From: an uncultured Selenomonadales bacterium
GTDB lineage: Bacteria > Bacillota > Negativicutes > Selenomonadales > Selenomonadaceae
NCBI GenBank assembly: GCA_946408355.1
Contig: CAMJRX010000005.1
Coordinates: 11,568 to 75,567, forward strand
Direction: 5' to 3'
Length of the DNA stretch: 64,000 nucleotides
The notes beneath the pieces were generated by a model. That model worked only from the letters and a program-made list of their open reading frames with translations. It did not search any database and was not told the DNA's origin. The position numbers and the translations under genes were made by a program. This document shows, in pieces, positions 11,568 to 20,324 of this stretch (the first letter of the stretch is position 1; every line of letters starts with the position of its first letter).

Positions 11568-12129
11568 CTGTGTCCCCTCCTTTTGTCGGTGTAGTCTTCT
11601 TTGTCTTTTGCGCCTTTTGTGCCTTAGGAGAGAGAATCATCGTCATATTTTTGCCCTCAAGCTTGGCGGCGCGCTCGACCGTCACGGTGTCTTTCAGAGC
11701 CTCGGCAAGCTTGTTCAAAACTTCGCTACCAAGTTCCGGGTGCGACAGCTCACGCCCGCGAAACATAATTGTCACTTTGACTTTGTTGCCCTCTTCTATG
11801 AAGCGTTGCGCGTTTTTGAGCTTGACTTCAAAGTCGTGTTGCTCGATGTTGGGACGGAGCTTGACTTCCTTAATCGTGATGATTTTCTGCTTTTTGCGGA
11901 CTTCCTTTTCGCGCTTTTGCTGTTCATAACGATATTTGCCGAAATCCATAATGCGGCACACCGGCGGTCTTGCTTTGGGCGCGACTTCCACCAAGTCAAG
12001 ATGTTTTTCTTCGGCAAGTCTAAGCGCGTCCCGCGTCAGCATAACGCCGAGTTGTTCTCCGTTCGCGTCGGTAACTCGAACTTCGCGAATACGAATCTCC
12101 TCATTGATTCTCAAAGTGTCCCTACTAAT
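11533..12129 (-). CDS. infC: Translation initiation factor IF-3 (ATT start)
   Basis: [23 protein letters not shown].. I placed the start at the ATT codon at 12129-12127, 9 nt after AGGAGG (12144-12139). A non-canonical start is typical of infC. The Lys-rich C-terminal tail overlaps the rpmI start. Confidence 0.88.
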   Translation of the reverse strand: MSRDTLRINEEIRIREVRVTDANGEQLGVMLTRDALRLAEEKHLDLVEVAPKARPPVCRIMDFGKYRYEQQKREKEVRKKQKIITIKEVKLRPNIEQHDFEVKLKNAQRFIEEGNKVKVTIMFRGRELSHPELGSEVLNKLAEALKDTVTVERAAKLEGKNMTMILSPKAQKAQKTKKTTPTKGGDTGAQNQDASRSS

Positions 12130-12130
12130 T

Positions 12131-12304
12131 GAAATACACCTCCTGTGGCGCGTTGAAAAAAAATTAAAGGCGGCTTGTAAGCCACCCGCGATTCCCATAG
12201 AAAAATTCCTTGCGACCGCGCCAACTCATTTAAGGTCGACGGGTGAGAAGCGCAGGCTTCTGCTTAACGCGCAAAAGTTTATCACAGCGGCTAAACTCTG
12301 TCAA
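12131..12304 (-). promoter_or_regulatory. infC promoter plus leader with a terminator-like hairpin (possible L20-responsive attenuator)
   Basis: On the minus strand: TTGACA (12304-12299), a 17-nt spacer, TAAACT (12281-12276). A roughly 140-nt leader ends in GGUGGCUUACAAGCCGCC plus a U-run (12186-12156), just upstream of the SD. Confidence 0.4.
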
Positions 12305-12373
12305 GGCAACAGTCTTGCAACTAAAATAATTTAATGTTAAAATCGCGAAAAGTTTTTAAGCGGAGGCTGGAAA

Positions 12374-13153
12374 ATGACTGACAGTGAAAACGCTTATGCG
12401 GGCGCATTGTTTTTCGCGCTGGTTAGTTTAGGCGCGTTATTGAAGTTGAATGATATTGCTGGCTGTCTTATCGGCGCGGGTAGTGCTCTTTTGGCGGCGA
12501 TAAGTTTAAGGCGTGCACTCGTCAAGTCCGCGCAGGCAACAGAAGAAAATCATCAACGCATGGAAGTTCAATTCCAACAGCTCCGCAGTAAAATTATCGA
12601 AACTTCCGAAGTTAATATTACGGCAATGAATTCCGTAAACGCTGCCGCGCAACTCGTACAAGATAATATGCAAGTGATTCGTGTGTTGCTTGCCGACCTC
12701 GCTCACTTAACGCAATTCGCCGAATTAACCGAAGAATTTCAGTCAACCGTTGCAAGCCTCGACGAAAATTCTGCCGCACTCAATTTGACGTTGGAGAGGG
12801 AATTTGAAAAGCTCCGCACGATTGAAGAGACCAATAAAGAAAGCCTCCAAAATATCGTTGAACTTTTGCCGCTGTTAAATACAATGGACAATTCCGACGC
12901 GCTCAATTTAACACTGGCAAAAGAATTTGAAAAACTTCGTGCGATTGAAGAGACGAACATAGAAAGCCTCCAAAATATCTTGAAACTTTTGCAAGTATTA
13001 CAAAATCCGATTTATACAACAGACATGGAAAAAATTAATTCGTCGATTAATCAGCTCACCGAGCAATTTAAAAATATGCAAGCTGCAATTCAACCTGCCT
13101 TGAATCGTCAAGATTTGAGTATGCTAAAGAAAATCGCCGCGAAAATAAAATAA
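12374..13153 (+). CDS. Hypothetical coiled-coil protein with an N-terminal transmembrane segment and an internal 41-aa tandem duplication
   Basis: Good SD (GGAGG). The repeat is ALNLTLEREFEKLRTIEETNKESLQNIVELL / ALNLTLAKEFEKLRAIEETNIESLQNILKLL. Confidence 0.6.
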   Translation: MTDSENAYAGALFFALVSLGALLKLNDIAGCLIGAGSALLAAISLRRALVKSAQATEENHQRMEVQFQQLRSKIIETSEVNITAMNSVNAAAQLVQDNMQVIRVLLADLAHLTQFAELTEEFQSTVASLDENSAALNLTLEREFEKLRTIEETNKESLQNIVELLPLLNTMDNSDALNLTLAKEFEKLRAIEETNIESLQNILKLLQVLQNPIYTTDMEKINSSINQLTEQFKNMQAAIQPALNRQDLSMLKKIAAKIK

Positions 13154-13194
13154 ACGCGCCAAACTCGACGCGCATGAGTAAAGGAGCGGGAAAA

Positions 13195-13815
13195 ATGATT
13201 CTTACTGTGGAAGTTTTCGGCGTCATTGACGAGAACGCCTATTTTTTTATCGACGACGCTACTAATCACGGATTTTTAATTGACCCGGGCGCAGAGGCTG
13301 ACAGGCTTTTAAAAATCGCCAACGAGCGCAACTTCACTATTGAAAAAATTTTGCTGACGCACGGGCACTTTGATCATATCGGCGCAGTCAACGAAATTCA
13401 ACGCGCCTTGAAAATTCCCGTGTGCATGAGCAAGGGCGGCAATTACTACGCCAAAGATCCCGCGATAAATTGTTCCGCTTTTGTTGGCGATTCGATTATT
13501 CTCGACGATGTGACTTGCTTGCCCGATTACAGCGAAATTGCTTTGGACGCGAATAAAAATTTTAGCGTCAAGCTTATTCCTGCGCCTGGTCACACGCTCG
13601 ACGGAGCAATTTATTACAGTTCTAAAGAGGGCGTCGCGTTCGTCGGTGATACGATTTTTTGCGGCAGTTATGGACGAGTTGACTTGCCCGGCGGCAGTGG
13701 ACGCGATTTAATGACTACGATTAGAGATGTAGTTTTCGCCCTGCCCGATGAAACAATTTTATACACGGGGCACGGTTTAGAGACTACAGTTGCCGCTGAA
13801 AAAACGTGGTATTAA
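13195..13815 (+). CDS. MBL-fold metallo-hydrolase (glyoxalase II-like)
   Basis: THGHFDHIG motif. ATG 13195 lies 8 nt after AAAGGAG. Confidence 0.8.
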   Translation: MILTVEVFGVIDENAYFFIDDATNHGFLIDPGAEADRLLKIANERNFTIEKILLTHGHFDHIGAVNEIQRALKIPVCMSKGGNYYAKDPAINCSAFVGDSIILDDVTCLPDYSEIALDANKNFSVKLIPAPGHTLDGAIYYSSKEGVAFVGDTIFCGSYGRVDLPGGSGRDLMTTIRDVVFALPDETILYTGHGLETTVAAEKTWY

Positions 13816-14054
13816 ATATCAGCCTCGACGCCGTGATTGTCGAAGACGCCTAAAATTTCTCTGAGCTTAGTTTTACCGGGGTTGTAGTCAATAGTCGTTT
13901 CGCCGTCGTGCGCGTGAATGTGAACGTACAACACGCCCGCCAAACCTAGCAAACTTTTTTCGACAGCCTTCGCATTTTCTTGCGTATAACCTTTAGCGGT
14001 GAATTGCAAACGGGTATTGCCGCCAACTTCGCCGCAACCGCATTCTTTGCACAT
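13812..14054 (-). CDS. Small metal-binding protein: N-terminal CxxCGC motif plus an HMA-like fold
   Basis: MCKECGCGE at the N-terminus, followed by a pattern of about 65 aa that looks beta-alpha-beta-beta-alpha-beta. Confidence 0.5.
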   Translation of the reverse strand: MCKECGCGEVGGNTRLQFTAKGYTQENAKAVEKSLLGLAGVLYVHIHAHDGETTIDYNPGKTKLREILGVFDNHGVEADI

Positions 14055-14243
14055 AATTTAAACACCTCGCTGAAAATTTTTACTGCCGAATTATACAGCG
14101 CGAAAATTTCTTTCACAAGCCCCGCGCAGGGTTCAAGGAGGGCAACGTGACGTTGCATCCAGTTGACGCGATTTAGTTGACAAGATTTTTTAACTAATCA
14201 CCGCGCAGTATGAAATTTTTAGTCTAAAATTTTGGAGGATTGT

Positions 14244-14600
14244 ATGACAAAGCTTTTACTGGTATTTATCGGCGGCGGATTGGGAGCAGTATCACGCTTT
14301 TTAGTTACGACGGCATTATCTGGTAAGCTTGGCAACTTTCCATTGGGCACGCTTACGGCAAATTTTTTCGGTAGTTTGCTAATGGGCTTAGTCGTGGGAA
14401 TTTTGGCGGGGCGATTTGAATCTGTGCGTTTATTCGTCGCGGTAGGCTTTTTGGGCGGTTTTACGACGTTTTCGAGTTTTTCGGCTGAAACGCTTGCTTT
14501 GATTCAAGGTGGGCAAATTTTTTCTGCATTAGTTAATATTGTCGTCAACGTATTCGCAGGGTTGCTTGCGTGCGCTGTCGGCTTAAAAATAAGTGGCTAG
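14244..14600 (+). CDS. crcB: Fluoride ion channel CrcB/FluC
   Basis: GGGLGAVSRF and GFLGGFTTFSSF motifs. ATG 14244 follows GGAGG. Confidence 0.85.
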   Translation: MTKLLLVFIGGGLGAVSRFLVTTALSGKLGNFPLGTLTANFFGSLLMGLVVGILAGRFESVRLFVAVGFLGGFTTFSSFSAETLALIQGGQIFSALVNIVVNVFAGLLACAVGLKISG

Positions 14601-14623
14601 CTGTTAGAAAAGGAGATTTTAAA

Positions 14624-15154
14624 ATGGCAAAAGCTTTAATTATCATCGACATGCAAAATGATTTCGTGACGGGTGCGCTCGGCACAAAAGAGGCTCGCGA
14701 AATGGTTCCGCGTCTCGTTAAAAAGTTGGAGGCGATTGTCGAGGAGGGCGCGATTGATTTAATCTTCACGCAGGACACACACGCCGATAATTACTTGGAA
14801 ACGCAGGAAGGCAGAAATTTGCCCGTCAAACACTGCATAAAGAAAACCGACGGCTGGCAGATTATACCCGAATTGCAAAAATTTACGCCGAAAGCAAAGG
14901 CGGTTATCGAGAAAAAAGCGTTCGGATCAACGCGGTTGCCGTCCCTTATCAAGCCTTATGAAGTTATCGAGTTCGCGGGCGTGTGCACCGATATTTGCAT
15001 AGTATCGAACTCGCTTTTAGTTAAGGCGTTTTATCCGGAACAGCGCGTTCAAATCGACGCCGCTTGTTGTGCGGGCAGTTCCCCCGACGCTCATCAAAAA
15101 GCCCTTGACGTTATGAGAAATTGCCAGTGCAAAATTATTAATGAAGGAAAATAA
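14624..15154 (+). CDS. Isochorismatase-family cysteine hydrolase (nicotinamidase-like)
   Basis: ALIIIDMQNDF and a conserved Cys context (GVCTDICI). ATG follows AAGGAG. Confidence 0.8.
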   Translation: MAKALIIIDMQNDFVTGALGTKEAREMVPRLVKKLEAIVEEGAIDLIFTQDTHADNYLETQEGRNLPVKHCIKKTDGWQIIPELQKFTPKAKAVIEKKAFGSTRLPSLIKPYEVIEFAGVCTDICIVSNSLLVKAFYPEQRVQIDAACCAGSSPDAHQKALDVMRNCQCKIINEGK

Positions 15155-15205
15155 ATCTGCGCGGCGAAAATTAGCAAAAACTTTTTGAGAAAGGGAAGAA
15201 AGTTT

Positions 15206-16384
15206 ATGGGGGCTAACGATGCGGCAATTAAGGAGGCGTTAAAAAAACTTCGCCTGAATAGAGAACAACAAAAGGCGGCTGACGATGCGGCGATTAAAAA
15301 AGCCCTCGTCACGATAAAAGTAATCGGCGTGGGCGGCGGCGGTAATAGCGTCCTCAACAGAATTGCTGAAAGTGATTTTCTGGAGATTGAATTAATCGCG
15401 GTAAATACCGACGTGCACGCGCTAAGATATTCTAAAGAAAAAATTAGAACGGTGCAAATTGGCGAAAATATTACTAGAGGACGCGGTACAGGCGGTAAAG
15501 TTGAACTCGGCGAACAGGCTGCTAAAAGTGATTCCGAACGTCTCAAGGAAGTTATGGTCGGCGCGGACATGATTTTTATAACGGCGGGCATGGGCGGCGG
15601 CACGGGAACGGGTGCGGCTCCTGTCGTTGCGCGTTTAGCTAAGGAACTCGGTATGTTAACCGTTGGCGTCGTCACAGTTCCATTTGGCTTTGAAGGCGTT
15701 CGTAAACAGCGCATTGCCAACGAGGGTATCGTCCGCATGCAATCTTATATGGACGCGCTGATTGTCGTTAAGAATGATAACTTGATGAAGCTCCCTGAAA
15801 ACAAAAATATTAAAATGGTAGCGGCTTTTAATGCGGCGGATTCCGTTTTGCGGCAGGCGATTCGTTGCGTTGCTGAACTGATTTTGACAATCGGTGTTAT
15901 TAATGTTGACTTCGCTGACATGACGACGATTTTCCGTCAAAGTGAGTCGAGTGACGCGATACTTGGCATTGGGCGCAGTAATATCAGCGCGGTACAAGCC
16001 GTCAAAGAGGCGATTCATAGTCCTCTGATTGACAAATCGCTAAAAGGTGCACGCGGAATTATTTTGAACATTACCGGCGATGAAACGCTTCCGATTCATG
16101 ACGTTAACGCCGCCGCCAGTTACATTTTCAGCCAGACAGAAGACGACGTTAATATAATTTTGGGCACGGTTATTGATAAGAGTATGAACGGCACGATTCA
16201 AGCGACGATTATAGCGACGGATTTCGCCGATAGCCTCGCGCTTAAATCGCCAACAGTCGCCGTTCCAAAGTCAACAGTTACCGTGTCAAAAGGTTTTAAC
16301 TTTGAAGCACCGAAGCCCCCGTCTCAACCCGAAAATAAATTTCAAATGCCGACGTTCACTTTCCGCCCTCGTAACGACAAATGA
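15206..16384 (+). CDS. ftsZ: Cell division protein FtsZ
   Basis: GVGGGGNSVLNRI, GMGGGTGTGAAPVVA and NVDFADM. The N-terminal extension contains DAAIKEAL/DAAIKKAL. It is not in a dcw cluster. Confidence 0.92.
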   Translation: MGANDAAIKEALKKLRLNREQQKAADDAAIKKALVTIKVIGVGGGGNSVLNRIAESDFLEIELIAVNTDVHALRYSKEKIRTVQIGENITRGRGTGGKVELGEQAAKSDSERLKEVMVGADMIFITAGMGGGTGTGAAPVVARLAKELGMLTVGVVTVPFGFEGVRKQRIANEGIVRMQSYMDALIVVKNDNLMKLPENKNIKMVAAFNAADSVLRQAIRCVAELILTIGVINVDFADMTTIFRQSESSDAILGIGRSNISAVQAVKEAIHSPLIDKSLKGARGIILNITGDETLPIHDVNAAASYIFSQTEDDVNIILGTVIDKSMNGTIQATIIATDFADSLALKSPTVAVPKSTVTVSKGFNFEAPKPPSQPENKFQMPTFTFRPRNDK

Positions 16385-16516
16385 CAACTTTTAAAAAGTT
16401 GACAAACAGCGGTCGCGACGTACCTAACGACGATTTTAACGTTAACGCCGCGCCGGTACGCAACGCATGCGCATTGCTAGTTGAGATATTTTTAATTGGT
16501 AAAAGGACGAAAATTC

Positions 16517-17197
16517 ATGGACGGCAAATTTCAACGACTTAAACTTTTAATCGGCGAGGAAAATTTTTCTAAGCTCAATGCGTCAACGGTTGCAGTGTTC
16601 GGAGTGGGCGGAGTCGGCTCATTTGCGGCTGAAGCTTTAGCGCGTTCGGGCGTCGGGCATTTGGTTTTAATTGATAAAGATAATATTGACACGACAAATA
16701 TTAATCGGCAAATTCACGCGTTGAATTCGACTGTTGGCAAGTCTAAGGTTGAAGTTATGCGCGAACGAATTCACGAAATAAATCCTGCCGCGCAGGTCGA
16801 TGCAATTCAGAAATTTTTATTACTCGGCGAACCCGTCGAGAATTTTTTTATTTGCCAATACGATTATGTAGTTGACGCGATTGACACGTTGACGTCGAAA
16901 ATTTTTCTCGTCGAGGAGTGCAAGCGGCGTGGAATTAAAATTATTTCCAGTATGGGCGCGGGAAATAAATTAGACCCGACACGCTTTAAAGTCGCCGATA
17001 TTTTTCAAACGTCAGTTGACCCCGTAGCTAAAATTATGCGCAAGAAATTACGTGAACGCGGCATTAAAAATCTTAAAGTTGTTTGGTCGGACGAGCCGCC
17101 GCGCCCCGTGAAAGATTTTATCGGCAGTGTAGCGTTCGTGCCGAGTGTAGCAGGTTTGATTATGGCTGGCGAAGTCGTCAAAGATTTAATTGCGTAA
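16517..17197 (+). CDS. tcdA: tRNA threonylcarbamoyladenosine dehydratase (ThiF/HesA family)
   Basis: VFGVGGVGSFAAEALARSGVG.LVLIDKD..D.TNINRQ. Confidence 0.8.
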   Translation: MDGKFQRLKLLIGEENFSKLNASTVAVFGVGGVGSFAAEALARSGVGHLVLIDKDNIDTTNINRQIHALNSTVGKSKVEVMRERIHEINPAAQVDAIQKFLLLGEPVENFFICQYDYVVDAIDTLTSKIFLVEECKRRGIKIISSMGAGNKLDPTRFKVADIFQTSVDPVAKIMRKKLRERGIKNLKVVWSDEPPRPVKDFIGSVAFVPSVAGLIMAGEVVKDLIA

Positions 17198-17235
17198 AAA
17201 GTATAATAGCTGAAAATTTTTTAGGAGGGTGAATC

Positions 17236-17700
17236 ATGAACGAAAAACATACGCGCCCCGATTGGGACGAATATTTTTTAAATATAGCCCGCGAAGTCGG
17301 CAAGAGGGCAACTTGTTTGCGTCGACGCTACGGAGCGATTATCGTTAAGGACAAAATTATAATCAGCACAGGTTACAACGGGGCACCGCGTGGAGAGACT
17401 AATTGCATAGACAGCGGCATTTGCGAGCGCGAACGTCTACATGTACCTAAGGGCGAACGCTACGAATTGTGCGTTGCAGTGCATGCCGAACAAAACGCTA
17501 TCATCAATGCCGACCCAAATAAAATGGAAGGCTCAACAATTTATATTGCTGGCGTGAACTGCGCGGACGGCTCCAATGCTTCGGGCGAACCGTGCAAACT
17601 CTGCCGCCGCATGATTATCAACGCGAGGATTGCTAAAGTTGTCTACCTTGACCGCGACGGAAAAATTATTAGCAAAGCTCCAAGCGAAATTCAAAATTAA
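17236..17700 (+). CDS. dCMP deaminase (ComEB family)
   Basis: HAEQNAI and PCKLC zinc-ligand motifs. Confidence 0.85.
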   Translation: MNEKHTRPDWDEYFLNIAREVGKRATCLRRRYGAIIVKDKIIISTGYNGAPRGETNCIDSGICERERLHVPKGERYELCVAVHAEQNAIINADPNKMEGSTIYIAGVNCADGSNASGEPCKLCRRMIINARIAKVVYLDRDGKIISKAPSEIQN

Positions 17701-17754
17701 AGCAGGTTAATCTGCATTGACGCCGAATATTTTTTCGGCAAGGAGGTGGGCGCA

Positions 17755-18675
17755 ATGCTCTATGCAATGATTGACGTAGGCTCAAATACGATACGCATGG
17801 CAGTTTACGAAATTGACGGCGACCGCGTCGAAATGCTAATGAAAAGAAAACACACCGTCGGGCTTGCGTCATATGTGCGCGACGGCGTGATGCAGCGGCA
17901 AGGCATTGACAAGGTTGTTGAGATTATCGGCGAATACCGGCATTTTCTCGACGACTTTGGAATAACGCAAGTAACCGCTTTTACGACCGCCGCCCTCCGA
18001 AATGCAGTTAACGGTTCGCAAGCTGTCGACGAAATTTCTTTCCGCACTGGGATAAATATTTTGCTTATGAGCGGCGACGACGAGGCAACTTACGACTTTA
18101 TCGGCGCGACTCACGACCTAACTGACGAGAAAGGTTTGCTTATTGACATTGGCGGCGGCTCAACGGAAATTGTTTACTTTAAAGATCGCGAGATAAGAGT
18201 TAAAGCCAGTCTGCCAATCGGTTCGCTAAGTTTTCATACGCGATATACGGGCGTGCACATTTTGCCTAGTGCAGTTGAGATTGCGGAAATGTACGCTGAG
18301 GCGGAAGCTACAGTCAGCGCGGTGCAGGAATTTCAAGCCGTAAGCCACGCGCAAATTTGCGGTATCGGCGGTACGTTTAAGGGCGCAATGGCTCTTTACA
18401 ACGCAATGTACGGTATGACGCGGCAGAATATGCGTATGGAAGTACGACGTATTCAAGACATTTTGCACCGATTCCGCCGCGACCACGAATTAATTGTTCC
18501 TGATAAAATTTTGCTTATGAAAACCGTCCCCGAACGAATACATACGTTTATGCCGGGACTGGTAATTGCCGACGTGCTCGCTAAACGTTTCGGAAGTCTT
18601 CATATAATTTACAGCGATTCGGGCGTTCGAGAAGGTTACATTTACGACAAAATTATTGATAGAGACTACTTTTAA
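17755..18675 (+). CDS. Ppx/GppA-family phosphatase
   Basis: IDVGSNTIRM and DIGGGSTE motifs of the ASKHA fold. ATG 17755 lies 9 nt after AAGGAGG. Confidence 0.8.
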   Translation: MLYAMIDVGSNTIRMAVYEIDGDRVEMLMKRKHTVGLASYVRDGVMQRQGIDKVVEIIGEYRHFLDDFGITQVTAFTTAALRNAVNGSQAVDEISFRTGINILLMSGDDEATYDFIGATHDLTDEKGLLIDIGGGSTEIVYFKDREIRVKASLPIGSLSFHTRYTGVHILPSAVEIAEMYAEAEATVSAVQEFQAVSHAQICGIGGTFKGAMALYNAMYGMTRQNMRMEVRRIQDILHRFRRDHELIVPDKILLMKTVPERIHTFMPGLVIADVLAKRFGSLHIIYSDSGVREGYIYDKIIDRDYF

Positions 18676-18687
18676 GGAGTTGATAAA

Positions 18688-19590
18688 GTGATTTTAGCTG
18701 ATAAGAACACAAAAGTTATCGTGCAGGGTATCACGGGCAAGGCGGCAACCTTCCACACAAAACAAATGCTCGCTTATGGCACAAAGATTGTTGGCGGCGT
18801 TACTCCTGGCAAGGCAGGACAGACTGTAGAGGGAATTCCCGTTTTCAACACGGTAGAGGACGCTGTTAAGGTAACCGGTGCGACGGCGTCGGTTATCTAT
18901 GTACCCGCTCCCTTTGCTTCTGATTCTATTTTGGAGGCGGTTGACGCGGGACTTGACCTCGTTGTCTGCATTACCGAACACATTCCGGTTTTGGATATGG
19001 TAAAAGTTCGTCGCTACATGGAAGGCAAAAAGACACGCCTTATCGGACCGAATTGTCCCGGCATTATGACGACTGACGAAACTAAACTCGGTATTATTCC
19101 CGGCAACGTCCAAAAGAAAGGGCACGTCGGATTAGTTTCTCGCTCCGGAACTTTAACTTACGAGGCGGCTTTCCAGCTTATGAACGCGGGCATAGGCATT
19201 ACGACTTCTGTTGGTATAGGCGGCGATCCCGTCAAAGGTTCGGACTTCATTGACATTTTGCAACTTTTCAAAGAAGACAACGACACTAAGGCGGTACTTT
19301 TAATCGGCGAAATTGGCGGCACTGCTGAAGAGGACGCGGCTCGTTGGATAGCAGAGAATATGCCCGAAAAACCTGTTACGGCATTTATTGCAGGGCGTCA
19401 AGCTCCTCCAGGTAAACGCATGGGGCACGCGGGCGCAATTATCAGCGGTGGCAAGGGTACGGCGGCAGATAAGATTAAGGCTCTTAACGCGGTCGGAATT
19501 GAAGTTGCAGATACCGTTGCGCATATTGGAGATACCGTCGTTGACACGCTTAAACGCGCCGGCATTTACGAAATTTGTCATACGTGCTAA
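18688..19590 (+). CDS. sucD: Succinate--CoA ligase (ADP-forming) alpha subunit
   Basis: VIVQGITGK..., [16 protein letters not shown] (catalytic His). GTG start after AAGGAG. There is no sucC adjacent. Confidence 0.88.
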   Translation: MILADKNTKVIVQGITGKAATFHTKQMLAYGTKIVGGVTPGKAGQTVEGIPVFNTVEDAVKVTGATASVIYVPAPFASDSILEAVDAGLDLVVCITEHIPVLDMVKVRRYMEGKKTRLIGPNCPGIMTTDETKLGIIPGNVQKKGHVGLVSRSGTLTYEAAFQLMNAGIGITTSVGIGGDPVKGSDFIDILQLFKEDNDTKAVLLIGEIGGTAEEDAARWIAENMPEKPVTAFIAGRQAPPGKRMGHAGAIISGGKGTAADKIKALNAVGIEVADTVAHIGDTVVDTLKRAGIYEICHTC

Positions 19591-19610
19591 TTAATTTCCG
19601 ATAATAAAAA

Positions 19611-19644
19611 AATCCTCTGCGGTTGAGTTGCAGGGGATTTTTTG
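19611..19644. terminator. Hairpin terminator between the convergent genes
   Basis: aatcctctgc ggttgagtt gcaggggatt, flanked by an A-run and a T-run. Confidence 0.6.
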
Positions 19645-19658
19645 TTGCGAAAAATATT

Positions 19659-19916
19659 TTACTTCATAAGAACGGCAACAACCATTGCGCCGACGCCAAT
19701 TATGACGGTAATGAACATATTGCGCACGTTGCTGTTAAGACTTTGGCGAATTTCTCGCATATCCTCATCTTGCCGCGCCCGACTGCTTTGCATTTCGCTT
19801 ACAACCAAGTCGATTTTGTCCGATAGTGCGTCCACTTTTGTAGCCACGACTGCCACTTGCTTTTCCAAGCTCGTGACACGCTCATCGAGGTTTGCTCCAT
19901 TGTTGGTGGTTGACAT
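19659..19916 (-). CDS. Small coiled-coil protein with a C-terminal transmembrane helix (XhlA-like architecture)
   Basis: ATG 19916 lies 8 nt after AGGAAG. An N-terminal coiled coil is followed by a C-terminal hydrophobic helix, FITVIIGVGAMVVAVLM. Confidence 0.5.
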   Translation of the reverse strand: MSTTNNGANLDERVTSLEKQVAVVATKVDALSDKIDLVVSEMQSSRARQDEDMREIRQSLNSNVRNMFITVIIGVGAMVVAVLMK

Positions 19917-19931
19917 GACAATCACTTCCTG

Positions 19932-20312
19932 CTAGCCAATTTTAGCCGTCCAAAGACCATGCAGGTTACAGAATTCATAAGCGGCAATGGGTTCGTCGCC
20001 GTCGGCAACAATAAATTCAGCTTCGGGCTTATCGGCGGCGGTTAAGTGAACGTATTGCCCGCCCTTTTTAGTTTGGAGATAAATCCATTGAATTAAATGC
20101 GCTTCGGTCATGGGGTGTTCGACGCTACCGACTTTAACGGAAATTTTTTTGCCGTCTACGGTTACTTGCGGGACGTGTTTTTCCTGCGCGGCGTCGGTTG
20201 TGTTAGCCTTAAGAAAATTCATCGGCTTACCGTCGCAAGAAATATCCGCTCCACCGCCGCTAATCAGCATGATAACAGATTTTTTATCGTCCGAAATTAA
20301 AAGCCTGCTCAT
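19932..20312 (-). CDS. Superoxide reductase (desulfoferrodoxin family; N-domain lacks the Cys4 site)
   Basis: EKHVPQV, VEHPMT..H, and C-terminal CNLHGLW (centre II ligands). The N-terminal domain has only one Cys. Confidence 0.8.
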   Translation of the reverse strand: MSRLLISDDKKSVIMLISGGGADISCDGKPMNFLKANTTDAAQEKHVPQVTVDGKKISVKVGSVEHPMTEAHLIQWIYLQTKKGGQYVHLTAADKPEAEFIVADGDEPIAAYEFCNLHGLWTAKIG

Positions 20313-20324
20313 AAATCATTCCTC

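Noticed and set aside
14055-14243. Fluoride riboswitch upstream of crcB
   Set aside because: I could not find the conserved crcB-motif elements (for example the GGxGAUG...CUGAUG-type core) in either orientation. Only a plain SD precedes the ATG. An Rfam scan would be needed to be sure.
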